Source: an uncultured delta proteobacterium (GTDB lineage: Bacteria > Desulfobacterota > Binatia > Binatales > Binataceae). Taken from it: a stretch of DNA of 64,000 nt. Where the stretch lies: contig CAVTEN010000010.1 of NCBI GenBank assembly GCA_963733715.1, forward strand, positions 8,520 to 72,519, in the 5' to 3' direction. The translations under genes and the position numbers were made by a program. This document shows, in pieces, positions 28,817-41,498 of the stretch. Below the pieces are notes generated by a model. It saw only the letters and a program-made list of their open reading frames with translations. It was not told where the DNA came from and did not search any database. Every line of letters starts with the position of its first letter. Position 1 is the first letter of the stretch.

Positions 28817-30844
28817 ATGAGAGTTGTAAGAGCCGCGGCACTCGCTGCTATTCTGCTTGGCGTCATCGGGTCTGTCCGTAGCGCAGTCGCCGGAACTACT
28901 CCGCCGACAGCGTCCAACTCTGCAATCTTTGTTGCCAATAGCTTCAATGTAACCGCCTACCCCATCGCCAGTAGTGGCGATGTTGCGCCGATCGCGCTGA
29001 TGACCGATATGGCCGGTACGAGCGGCTTAGCCAGGGACACGAGCGGCAGAACCTACGTTGCAAATCGCGGTACCAACACGGTCACGGTCTATGCCGCGAA
29101 CGCCAACGGCAATGTCCCGCCGCTCGCTGTAATCGGAGGTTCCAATTCCGGGCTCGACCAACCCAGCGCGATCGCATTGGATGCGACCGGAAAGATCTAC
29201 GTGCTGAATACTGCGGCGAATTTCTTTGGCATCAACGTCTATCCGCCTTTGGCGAACAGCGCCGGTATTCTTAACGAGGCGCCTATTGCGTCGATCGCGG
29301 GCTCTCAGACCTTGCTTGATGAGCCCGACGCAATCGCGTTGGACTCCCACGGGAACATCTATGTCGCAAACCTACTAGGAGGACACGCCGAATTTTTCGA
29401 CTCCGGCAGGCTTACCGTTTATCCTGCCGGGAGCAACGGCAATGTAGCGCCTACCTTGACCATCAGCGGCGACAAAACGGGACTTGCTCTCCCGCTCAAT
29501 ATAGCTGTGGATTCGAGCGGTAACATCTATTCGGTCAACGCCAATGCCGATGTCGGCGGCAAGCGAAAAAGGTTTACCAGCATCACTGTCTATTCAGCCG
29601 GCAGCAAAGGTAACGCACCGCCCCTAGCCACAATCGCCGGCGACAATACAAACCTCTCCGGCCCAAGTGCCATCGCGCTGGATTCCAGCCGAAATATCTA
29701 TGTGACCGCTGCTTCCTCTATCGAAATGTTTGCCGCAGGGAGCAACGGCAACGTGTCTCCTGCCCTGACCATAACCGGCGCCGATACCGGGTTGTCTTTC
29801 CCCGAAGCTATCGCGCTGGATTCTGGCGGCAGCATTTACGTGTTGAACGGCAGCCTTCAGATAAGCGGCATCCCCAGCGTAACCACCTACCCGGCTGGCA
29901 GCAGCGGCGACGCGGTACCAATCGCAACGATCACCAGCAATTTCACCGGGATCAATGGCGCGTATGGCGTCGCGCTGGATTCCGTCGGGAACATCTATGT
30001 GATTAACGCCAACGTGCAATCTGGTGGCAGTGTCGCCATCTATCCCGCCGGCAGCTATGCCACCGGTGGTCCCCCTGTCAACACGATTACCGGAAACAAC
30101 ACAGGACTCGAGGAGCCTTACGGGATTGCGCTGGATTCCAGCGACAACATCTTCGTTCTGAATTATCTCGCCGGCATCACAATGTATCCGGCGGGTAGTT
30201 CCGGCAATGTTCCACCGGCCGCCACCATCAACGTCGACGGCACCGGAAAAACCTTTCCGACCGCAATCGCAGTCGGACCTGGCGACAATCTCTACGTAAC
30301 GAGTATCCCCAACATTAAATGTCGCGGGCGTCGCGGGCGTTCCTGCCACCCGATCGGCGTTGCCAGCGTCGCCGCCTATCCAGCCGGCAGCAATGGTTTC
30401 GTAAATCCCAGCGCCATCATCAAAGGATCCCATACCAAACTTGGCACCCCCTTGGCAGTCGCTGTCGATCACGACGGAAAGATCTATGTGGCGAACGAAG
30501 GCCCCACGAAATGCACCAGCAATTTTTGTCGTCCGACTGGCCCCAGCAGCGTTTACGTCTATGCCGCCGGCAGCAGCGGCGACGTCAAGCCAATCGCCAC
30601 GATTAGCGGTGCGGCGACAGGACTCGTGTCTCCCGTTGGAATCACCCTCGATTCCAACGGGAACATTTATGTGTTGAACGTGAATGCACTCGGTTACGGG
30701 TGTCCAGCAGCATGCGACCAGAATTCCATTCTAGTATTTGCGGCGGGCAGCGACGGTAATGTCGCGCCAATGGCTACCATCGCCGGTCCTTCCGCGGGCC
30801 TCACTCTCCCGCGCGAAATCGCTATCGGTCCCACTGGTCCCTAG
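28817..30844 (+). CDS. Secreted beta-propeller repeat protein (NHL / SMP-30-lactonase-like repeats, ~13 units)
   Basis: Signal peptide; recurring unit ..YPAGSNGNV.P...I.G..TGL..P.GIALDS.GNIYV.N.. Confidence 0.65.
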   Translation: MRVVRAAALAAILLGVIGSVRSAVAGTTPPTASNSAIFVANSFNVTAYPIASSGDVAPIALMTDMAGTSGLARDTSGRTYVANRGTNTVTVYAANANGNVPPLAVIGGSNSGLDQPSAIALDATGKIYVLNTAANFFGINVYPPLANSAGILNEAPIASIAGSQTLLDEPDAIALDSHGNIYVANLLGGHAEFFDSGRLTVYPAGSNGNVAPTLTISGDKTGLALPLNIAVDSSGNIYSVNANADVGGKRKRFTSITVYSAGSKGNAPPLATIAGDNTNLSGPSAIALDSSRNIYVTAASSIEMFAAGSNGNVSPALTITGADTGLSFPEAIALDSGGSIYVLNGSLQISGIPSVTTYPAGSSGDAVPIATITSNFTGINGAYGVALDSVGNIYVINANVQSGGSVAIYPAGSYATGGPPVNTITGNNTGLEEPYGIALDSSDNIFVLNYLAGITMYPAGSSGNVPPAATINVDGTGKTFPTAIAVGPGDNLYVTSIPNIKCRGRRGRSCHPIGVASVAAYPAGSNGFVNPSAIIKGSHTKLGTPLAVAVDHDGKIYVANEGPTKCTSNFCRPTGPSSVYVYAAGSSGDVKPIATISGAATGLVSPVGITLDSNGNIYVLNVNALGYGCPAACDQNSILVFAAGSDGNVAPMATIAGPSAGLTLPREIAIGPTGP

Positions 30845-32043
30845 GGCCAGACCGCGCCTTCCGCGACCAACTCGTCGCGCGCCGCTTTGCCGAGGCCTAG
30901 TAGCTCGCCGAGGACGTAGTCGAAATCCTCGCCGACTTCGGGCGCGATGGTGCGAACTTCTCCCGACCCACCAGAAAGCTTGAACGGGATGCCTGTGACG
31001 TGAGTCGCCACGCCCTTCTTCGTCGATACCTCGGGCCAGAAGCCGCGCTCTTTCAATTGAGGATCTCGCGCGCACAGGTCGACGCCGTTCTCGACGACGC
31101 CGGCTGCGATTCCCGCGCGCTGGAGTATCGCCATCGCGTCTTCGGCGCTGTGCTCCGCCGTCCATCGCGAGACGTTTGCGTCCAACTCGGCGCTGTTTTG
31201 CATCCGCAGATAGAGCGTGCGGAATTTTGTGTCGCTGGCCCACTCCGGAGAGCCGATCGCGGTGACGAATCGACGCCATTCGGGTCCGGTGCGGACGCTT
31301 ACCGCCACCCATCGATCGTCGTCGCCGTCGAGCGGGCGGCATTTGTAGACGCCGTGCGGTGCGGCGGGCCCTTCCTGTGAATTGTAGCCAGGAGCAAACT
31401 GCGTGCGGCCGTTAACCGAGATGTCGAGCAGCGCGGGACCGATCACGCTCGCGACGGCCTCGAACTGCGACAGATCGACGAACTGCCCGCGGCCCGTCCG
31501 GCGTCGATGCCACAGCGCGACCAGCGCCGCGAGCGCGCCCGAGTATCCCCCGCACATGTCGGCGTACGAATAGCCATAGCCGGCCGGCGTGCCGTCGGGC
31601 TCAGCCATCAACTGCGTGTATCCCGTGAGCGCCTGCAGCGTCGGCCCGTAGCTGACGTAGCTCGAGCGCGGGCCGGTGTGACCGAGGCCCGACATACTTA
31701 TGCAGATGATATCGGGCTTCACGGCCTTGAGACTTTCGTAATCCATCCCCCAGGTGCGCATCACGCGCGCGGAAAAATTATCCATCACGATGTCGCTCAT
31801 CGCGGCGAGCCGCCGCGCGAGTTCTATCCCGCGCGGATGCTGCATGTTGAGCGCGACCGAAAGTTTGCTGCGATGCAGGTCGCATTGCAGGCCGAGCTTG
31901 CGATTGCCCATCGGCGGAGGATCCTTGCGCTCGACCTTGACGACTTGCGCGCCGTGGTCGCCGAGAATCCGGGTCGCGACCGGCCCGGCCACGACCCAGG
32001 TGAAGTCGAGGATGCGCACGCCATCCAGCGGCATCGCGCACAT
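30841..32043 (-). CDS. Family III CoA-transferase (CaiB/BaiF/Frc family)
   Basis: 400 aa; GVRILDFTWVVAGPVATRILGDHGAQVVKVE... is a typical CoA_transf_3 N-terminus. Confidence 0.85.
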   Translation of the reverse strand: MCAMPLDGVRILDFTWVVAGPVATRILGDHGAQVVKVERKDPPPMGNRKLGLQCDLHRSKLSVALNMQHPRGIELARRLAAMSDIVMDNFSARVMRTWGMDYESLKAVKPDIICISMSGLGHTGPRSSYVSYGPTLQALTGYTQLMAEPDGTPAGYGYSYADMCGGYSGALAALVALWHRRRTGRGQFVDLSQFEAVASVIGPALLDISVNGRTQFAPGYNSQEGPAAPHGVYKCRPLDGDDDRWVAVSVRTGPEWRRFVTAIGSPEWASDTKFRTLYLRMQNSAELDANVSRWTAEHSAEDAMAILQRAGIAAGVVENGVDLCARDPQLKERGFWPEVSTKKGVATHVTGIPFKLSGGSGEVRTIAPEVGEDFDYVLGELLGLGKAARDELVAEGAVWP

Positions 32044-32045
32044 GA

Positions 32046-33259
32046 TCAGATCACTCCTTCCGCCGCGAGCACCGCGATCGCTTCAGGAGCCATCGCGAGC
32101 TCGTTGCGCAAAATCTCGCCGGTGTGCTCTCCCACCAGCGGCGGGCGTCGCGACACGCGCCACGGCGTGCCGTTGAAAAGATACGGCGCGCCCGGGTAGC
32201 GGAACTTGCGGCCGAGCTCGGGATGCTCGACCTCGACGAAGTAGCCGCGCTCGATAAGCTGCTCGTCGTCGAACAGCGCCTCGGGCGGCCGAACGGTCGC
32301 GTACGGCTGGCGCAATAAGCTGCGCACGCTCGAGCAGTTCGTCGCGCGGATAATCTTTCACCCAATCGTCGAGCACTTCGAACACATGCTCGGCCATCAG
32401 GTAGCGATACATCGGCTGCTGATAATTTGGATCGTCGAGGTCGGCCGCCTTGCCGTCGGACTTGACCCATTCGATGAGCGAGGTCCAGTCGCCGAGCGTG
32501 CAATGCATGATGTAACCGTCGCGGCATTTGCCGACGCGAAAGAAACGGCTCCAATGCAAAGTGCCGCGGCGCGGCTCCGCTTCGTTGCGCTCGAAGTATC
32601 CACCGGCAACGTGCTCGACGGCCGCAGCAGTGGCCTCCTGCATGCTGAGATCGATCCACTGACCCTCGGCGGTTTTGTCGCGAGCGAGCAATGCGAGCAT
32701 CACGGCGATCGCGCCGAAGTACGCCGACGAATGATAGGCCTGCAGACCGAGCGGACGCACCGGCGCGTGATTCGGGAAAGCCGTTGACGTAGAGCATCCC
32801 GCCAAGCGCAGTCAGCACGGTATCGTCGGCGATATAGTCGCGATACGGCCCGGTCTGTCCGAACGGCGCAATCGAGCACAGCACCAGCGCTGGATTCTCG
32901 CGATGGAGAATGTCCCAGCCAAGCCCGAGCTGGTCGAGCGTTCCCGGCGCGAAGCTCTCGATCACGACATCGGCAGAGCGAACAAGCTGAAGCAGGATGT
33001 CGGCGCCGCGCGAATGCTTGAGGTCAAGCGTCAGCGATCGCTTATTGAGATTGTAGAACCAGAAAAACAGGCTGCGATCGCGATGCGGCAAATCGTCGAG
33101 GAACGGGCCGATGCGGCGCGCGTCGTCGCCGGCGGGCGGCTCGACCTTGATAACGTCGGCGCCCATGTCGGCCAGCAGCCGCGCGCAAAGTTGTGCGCGA
33201 TGCCCGGTCAGGTCGAGGACGCGCAGGCCCGCGAGCGCGCCGGGTCCCGGCTCGGTCAC
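32046..33259 (-). CDS. Family III CoA-transferase, two frameshifts (~32320 and ~32790)
   Basis: N-terminus in ORF 32051..33259 (LRVLDLTGHRAQLCARLLADMGADVIKVEPP), middle in 32083..32805, C-terminus in 32046..32327. Confidence 0.7.
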
Positions 33260-33555
33260 GATTTCTCCGTCGATTTCGGCGCGGCGGGCGCCTCGATCTC
33301 CTTAAGCTCTTCCTTGACCTTCGGCGGCGGCAAATCCTCGATTGCGAACGCGCTGGTGTCGAGAGTCGGCGGAACTTCCATCAGCACTTCGTTCTTCGGC
33401 CCGGTGCGTTTGCCGCCGACCACGCGAATCGTTTCGAACGTGTCGGGATTGACCCATCGCACGCCCATCACCGCCGGTTTCGCCTGACCATCCTCGTCCA
33501 CCGGCACAAGCGTGGTCCCTTCCTTATCGAAAAAAGTAACTTTTCTAAGTCCCAT
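33256..33555 (-). CDS. Hypothetical small protein (~100 aa), stop overlaps CoA-transferase start
   Basis: ORF with internal start MGLRKVTFFDKEGTTLVPVDEDGQ... Confidence 0.35.
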   Translation of the reverse strand: MGLRKVTFFDKEGTTLVPVDEDGQAKPAVMGVRWVNPDTFETIRVVGGKRTGPKNEVLMEVPPTLDTSAFAIEDLPPPKVKEELKEIEAPAAPKSTEKS

Positions 33556-33653
33556 AATTTCTTTCCATGATAGTGCGACGAGCGAAAAATGATATGGAGC
33601 CGAGCGTTCGGATTCAAACGAACCAGGGGCACCCATTTTCTCCAACTCCGGTT

Positions 33654-33688
33654 CCCCTTCCCACTATGGGAAGGGGTTAGGGGTTAGG
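33654..33688. repeat. Palindromic repeat family D, copy 1 (CCCCTTCCC-N5-GGGAAGGGG + GGGGTTAGGGGTTAGG)
   Basis: Inverted copy of 60419..60452. Confidence 0.75.
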
Positions 33689-33875
33689 TTGCTGGCATCC
33701 CTCGCGAACAACGCGGCTTCAACGATTTTCTTGCGTTGCCTCCGTAACCAAACTACGATTTCCCTTGGCCGTCAGGCGGCCACCTGTCCGCGGAGAGGGC
33801 CAAGCCCACCCTGCTTGCTCGATTAACATAAACCTTTTCCTGCCCGTTAGCGGACGCCGGGCATAAGGAAGGGGT

Positions 33876-34682
33876 TTGTCTATGACCACGTCGCACGGGC
33901 CGCGCAAGCGGCTGCCGAACCATCCGTCCGAGGAAAATCTCCGCAAACAGGCCAAGCGACTCGCCACGCAGGAGGATCTGCAACTGGCCGCCGCGCAGCG
34001 CCGGCTAGCAATCGAGTACGATTACAAGAACTGGGCCGAGCTCATGCGGGCCGTCGCTTCCCGCTTCGTACCGATGGTGCCGCTCCGTGGACTGATCGCT
34101 TTTCCTCACGAGGTCTACCCAATTTTCATCGGGCGCCCTCGGTCGTTAAAGGCGATCGAGGCTGTAGCAGATCCGAAAACTCAGATCCCGCTCGCCGCAC
34201 ACTCGCCGATTTTGCTGGTGGCTCAGCGGGACGCGATGGTCGCGGCGCCCTCTCCTGCCGATATGTACCAAGTCGGCACGCTAGGCGTGATCGTTCAGCG
34301 GGAACGGTTTTCCGACGGCACCGTGAAAATCATGGTCGAAGGCAGGAAGCGGGCGAAAGTCGCTCGCTTTGTGTTCGGTCAGAAGTTCTTCAAGGCGCAA
34401 GCCGAGGAGATCACGGAGTCGGCCGGCGGCTCCGCGGGGCTCGAAAAACTTAAGCGTTCGGTGCTCACCGCCTTCGACAGCTATGCGCATCGTCATACAA
34501 AACTTTCGCCAGAGCTTGCGAGTTCGATCGAAGGAATCGACGATCCTTCAATTCTTTCAGACAAGATGGTCGGCCACTTGAAGATCCAGCTCGAGGAAAA
34601 GCAGGCGCTGCTCGAATCTGCAAATCCGATCGAACGACTCGAGAAGATCCTCGGGTACCTGGAAGCAGCGAAAGCGAATTGA
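33876..34682 (+). CDS. Lon N-terminal (LON substrate-binding) domain protein, stand-alone
   Basis: PLRGLIAFPHEVYPIFIGRPRSLKAIE... matches the Lon N-domain consensus; there is no ATPase or protease domain. Confidence 0.6.
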   Translation: MSMTTSHGPRKRLPNHPSEENLRKQAKRLATQEDLQLAAAQRRLAIEYDYKNWAELMRAVASRFVPMVPLRGLIAFPHEVYPIFIGRPRSLKAIEAVADPKTQIPLAAHSPILLVAQRDAMVAAPSPADMYQVGTLGVIVQRERFSDGTVKIMVEGRKRAKVARFVFGQKFFKAQAEEITESAGGSAGLEKLKRSVLTAFDSYAHRHTKLSPELASSIEGIDDPSILSDKMVGHLKIQLEEKQALLESANPIERLEKILGYLEAAKAN

Positions 34683-34769
34683 GACTCGATGCTCGCGAAG
34701 GAACGCGACGTGCGTTAATCTGATCAGACACTAGATTCTTTATTAGAAAGTGGCAGGAGTTCCCGCCGA

Positions 34770-37663
<2,894 letters not shown>

Positions 37664-37666
37664 CCG

Positions 37667-38286
37667 ATGGCCGAGCAATCAAGCGCCAAGCCTTTGCCCC
37701 GCGTGCTCGCCGGCCGCGAAGCCGGGAGCGAATCGACCAGCGTCGGCGCCGCCGCGCAGGCCGTTTCTGTTTTTGCTCGGCGCGATCACGATTCCCGTCA
37801 TCCTGCTCGACCAGGCGACCAAGCTGTTCGTGCAGGCGCACATGGCGCTGTACGAGAGTATCGCGATCATCCCGAACTACCTCGACATCACCTACACGCA
37901 GAATCCGGGCGCGGCGTTCAGCATGCTGGCGGACGCGCCGCCGTGGGTCCGCAAAGCGTTTCTGCTGACGATGGCGTGCGCGGCGATAGTCGTGCTGACT
38001 GGTCATAATTGTGCGGGCGGAGAGCGTATCGCTTAATTCGGTCGCATGCGCGCTGATCCTCGGCGGCGCGATGGGCAATCTGATCGATCGAGCGATTCGC
38101 GGCCGCGTGATCGACTTCATGCGCGCGCATTACTACGACCTGAACTACCCGATCTTCAATGTCGCGGACAGCGCGATCACGATTGGCGTCGCGCTGATCC
38201 TGCTCGTGACGTTCTTCGGCCGTGAACCACGAACCCAAGCCCGAACCTTCCAGTTAGCTGCTGAAATCGCGGCGCGACGCATTTGA
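37667..38286 (+). CDS. lspA: Lipoprotein signal peptidase II, about two frameshifts
   Basis: LspA core LLDQATKLFV...NPGAAFSML in frame of ORF 37440..38036; C-terminus ...FNVADSAITIGVALILL in ORF 38011..38286. Confidence 0.7.
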
Positions 38287-38360
38287 CGACAGCGGCGCCG
38301 CGGGTCTAGCTTCGCAAAATCGAAGTCTCGATCGACGCCGGGCGTGAACTCGCGCCGGGA

Positions 38361-39330
38361 ATGGAGCGTATCGCGATGAAAGCAATCAACACCGTCACTG
38401 GAACCGCGAGTCCGGAGCAGCTCGGCACGACGCTCATGCATGAGCATCTGCTGATCGGCTGGGCCGGATGGGAGCTCGATTGCGCCGCGCCGAAATTCGA
38501 GCGCAAGGCCGCGCTCAAGAATTGCGTCGAGCGCCTGAAAGAGGTGCGCGACCTCGGACTCGAGACCTTCGTCGATCCGTGCCCGATGGACATCGGCCGC
38601 GACGTGAACTTCATGGCGGAGGCTGGCTTCGGCGTCAGGCGTGCGAATAATCTGCGCGACCGGCCTCTACAAGGAAGACCTCGGCAACACCGCGTACTTC
38701 AAGCAGCGGACCGTCGACGATATCGCGTCGGTCTATATCAGCGAGATCAACAAAGGTGTCGGCGACACCGGCATCAAGGCGGGCATCATCAAGTGCGCGA
38801 CCGGCAAGGGCCAGGTCACGAAGTACGAGGAGATGTGCCTGCGGGCGGCGGCGCGCGCGCATAAGGCGACCGGCGCTCCGATCACGACGCATACCGAGGA
38901 CGGCACGATGGGCCGCGAGCAGCTGGAGATTTTCGCGTCGGAGGGCGTGGACTTAAGCCGCGTGATCATCGGGCATAGCTGCGGCTCGTCGGACCTCAGC
39001 TATCACGCCGCGATGCTCGATCGCGGATGTATCCTCGGGTTCGATCGCTTCGGCCTGGATTTCCTGCATCCCGACAAACTGCGATTGGCGGCGCTGATTG
39101 GACTACTGGGCGTCGGCTACGAAAATCAACTCGTGCTCTCCCACGACACCGTCGCATGCTGGCTCGGACGCGGGCTCGACATGACTCCCGAGACTGCCAA
39201 GCTGGTCGCGAACTGGACGCCGACGCACGTCTTCAAGAATATCGTGCCGGCGCTGAAGCGGGCAGGCGTCGGAGAGGCCAAGATCCGTACGATGCTGGTA
39301 GAAAATCCGCGCCGGTATTTCCAGAATTAG
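38361..39330 (+). CDS. Phosphotriesterase-related (amidohydrolase PTE family) protein, frameshift near 38635
   Basis: TLMHEHL motif at N-terminus; continuation in ORF 38641..39330. Confidence 0.7.
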
Positions 39331-39388
39331 CGGACCGGCGCGATTCTCGTCCAGCCGCGTCTATTCGCGCGCGTCAGCCTCGGCCGAC

Positions 39389-39607
39389 TCAGCCTGTTGT
39401 CGCCGCACGAGTGCGAACACCCGACTCCACCGAGGCGCGCCATTTGTCGATTGCCTCGACCGTGAAGCGCCAGTCGCTGCCGACGCGGAAAGCGGGCAGC
39501 AGATTTTTTTTGAGCATTCGGTAGATGGTGGACGGATGCACTCGCAGGTATGCAGACACCTCCTGCACCGTCAGGACCTTGTCCTTCATTTCATCGAATC
39601 GATCCAT
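39389..39607 (-). CDS. Small HTH DNA-binding protein, excisionase/MerR-like family
   Basis: 72 aa; LTVQEVSAYLRVHPSTIYRMLKKNLLPAFRVGSDWRF is a typical excisionase-family HTH. Confidence 0.65.
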   Translation of the reverse strand: MDRFDEMKDKVLTVQEVSAYLRVHPSTIYRMLKKNLLPAFRVGSDWRFTVEAIDKWRASVESGVRTRAATTG

Positions 39608-39746
39608 GTGACTCCTCCGCGTTACGCGCGTTTACCCCGTCCTTCTCAGTCCTTTGGCGATGTACGGGTTGAAACAGTCATGCGTGCGCTACTAACGTAC
39701 ATACTAAACACATTGTAGGTACGCCAAGCAGACACGCGGAATTTTC

Positions 39747-39761
39747 GTGACAATTTGTCAC
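39747..39761. promoter_or_regulatory. Perfect palindrome GTGACAATTTGTCAC upstream of the HTH gene; candidate operator
   Basis: Seen directly; more TGACA/TGTCA half-sites nearby, including GATGACACGATGTCATC at 39818..39834. Confidence 0.45.
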
Positions 39762-39807
39762 CTGTAGAACACTTCGAGTCGTAACTGTCAGAAATTCGAG
39801 CAGGCGA

Positions 39808-40885
39808 TCAACTTAAAGATGACACGATGTCATCAATTGATAGACTTTGTGTCAAGGAGTGACCGAGGCGATCGAGCAGCACGAATTCGATCGCGCCTGC
39901 GGCGCGCTTCTTGTCGAGACCGAGCGCGCGGAGAAAGTCGTCGCTGTGCCATCCTGCCGGCATCGCAGTCGGCAGACCGGCGCGCTCGATCAGGCGCTGC
40001 AGCCGCGATGCTTCATCAGCCGAGAAGCCGGCATATTTGCTGGACAGCCGCGCCGCCGCGACCATCCCGATAGCAACCGCCTCGCCGTGAAAGTAGCTGC
40101 CGTAACCTGCGCTCGCTTCGATCGCGTGGCCGATGGTGTGGCCGAAGTTCAAGCTTTTGCGAAGGCCGCTTTCGCGCTCGTCGGCGGATACGACTGCGGC
40201 TTTATGCGCCAGCGATCGCGCGACGACTTGCTCGAGCAGATCGGAACGTCGCGCAAGAATCGAATCGAGGTCGCGTTCCAGATCGGCGATCATCGGCGCG
40301 TCCATGATCGCGCCATACTTGATGACCTCGGCCAGGCCCTCGCGAAACTCACGGTCGGGCAGCGTCGCGAGCGTCGCCACGTCGGCGACAATCAGCCGCG
40401 GCTGGTAAAACGCACCGATCAGATTTTTGGCGTGACGATGGTTGATCGCGGTCTTGCCGCCGAGCGCTGAGTCGACCTGCGCGACGACGGTCGTCGGCAC
40501 TTGCACCAGACGGGACGCCGCGCAAAAAAGTCGCGGCCGCAAATCCCGCGAGGTCGCCAACGACGCCGCCGCCAACCGCGAATACCACGCTGTTGCGATC
40601 AAGCCCGATCGCGGTCATGCGATCATACAAAAGCTCCAGCGTTGGCAGCGACTTCGATGCTTCGCCGGGCGGCACCGAAATTACGGCGGGCGCGAAGCCG
40701 CCTTTGCGAAGCGAATCCTCGACCCGCGCCGCGTACAACTTTTCCACCGTCGCGTCAGTGACGACCGCGCATGAACCCGGTTTCAGTCCGGCGCCGCGCG
40801 CGAGTTCGCCAAGACGATCGAGGATGTTCGCGCCGACGTGAGCGTCATGGGACGCGTGCCCGAGTTCTACGCGGATAGTTTGCAT
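39808..40885 (-). CDS. aroB: 3-dehydroquinate synthase, frameshift near 40530
   Basis: N-terminus in ORF 40349..40885; body and C-terminus in ORF 39808..40602 (VDSALGGKTAINH, ...HGEAVAIGM). Confidence 0.8.
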
Positions 40886-40887
40886 CG

Positions 40888-41463
40888 CTATGCGGGCGGC
40901 AGGATTCGTCGCGCGGCGCGTTGGCCGAAAGCGCCGATTACATGGTCGGCGAGTTGCTCGACGGTGAGATCGGAGCTGTCGATTTGCACGTCGGCGCGAG
41001 CGTAAGCGTCAGCTCGTTCGTCCATCAGTTCTTTGACTCGCGCCAACGTGGGTTTTCCGCCCTCGGTCAGTTTCGGGCGCTTGGCTTTCGATCGTTCGAC
41101 GCGCGCCGCGATGACTTCGGGCCTCCCCGTCAGGCATACGATCACGCCGACCCGCTTGAGCGCCACGCAATTCGATTCGTCAACCAGTACGCCGCCTCCC
41201 GTCGAAATCACTTCGGGAAACGGCCCGTGGCAGTGCGGGCATCGCCGTTGATCGCTTGTGAGTTGCGCGACCGCTTCGCGTTCGAGCTGCCGGAAATGCG
41301 CCTCGCCGTGGTCGGCGAAGATTTGCGCGATTGGTTTTCCGGCGCGCGCGATGACGATCGTGTCGACGTCCACGAATTCCCATCCGAGCCGGCGCGCGAC
41401 GATTGGCCCAACCGAGCTTTTCCCGGTGGCCATGAATCCGGTGAGGATCAGTTTGGGCGTCAT
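40888..41463 (-). CDS. aroK: Shikimate kinase
   Basis: Internal start MTPKLILTGFMATGKSSVG (Walker A); the N-terminal part of the ORF is a spurious extension. Confidence 0.8.
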   Translation of the reverse strand: MTPKLILTGFMATGKSSVGPIVARRLGWEFVDVDTIVIARAGKPIAQIFADHGEAHFRQLEREAVAQLTSDQRRCPHCHGPFPEVISTGGGVLVDESNCVALKRVGVIVCLTGRPEVIAARVERSKAKRPKLTEGGKPTLARVKELMDERADAYARADVQIDSSDLTVEQLADHVIGAFGQRAARRILPPA

Positions 41464-41498
41464 TTGCGTTGTCGCGCGAATCCAGCCGCGCGCTCGCT

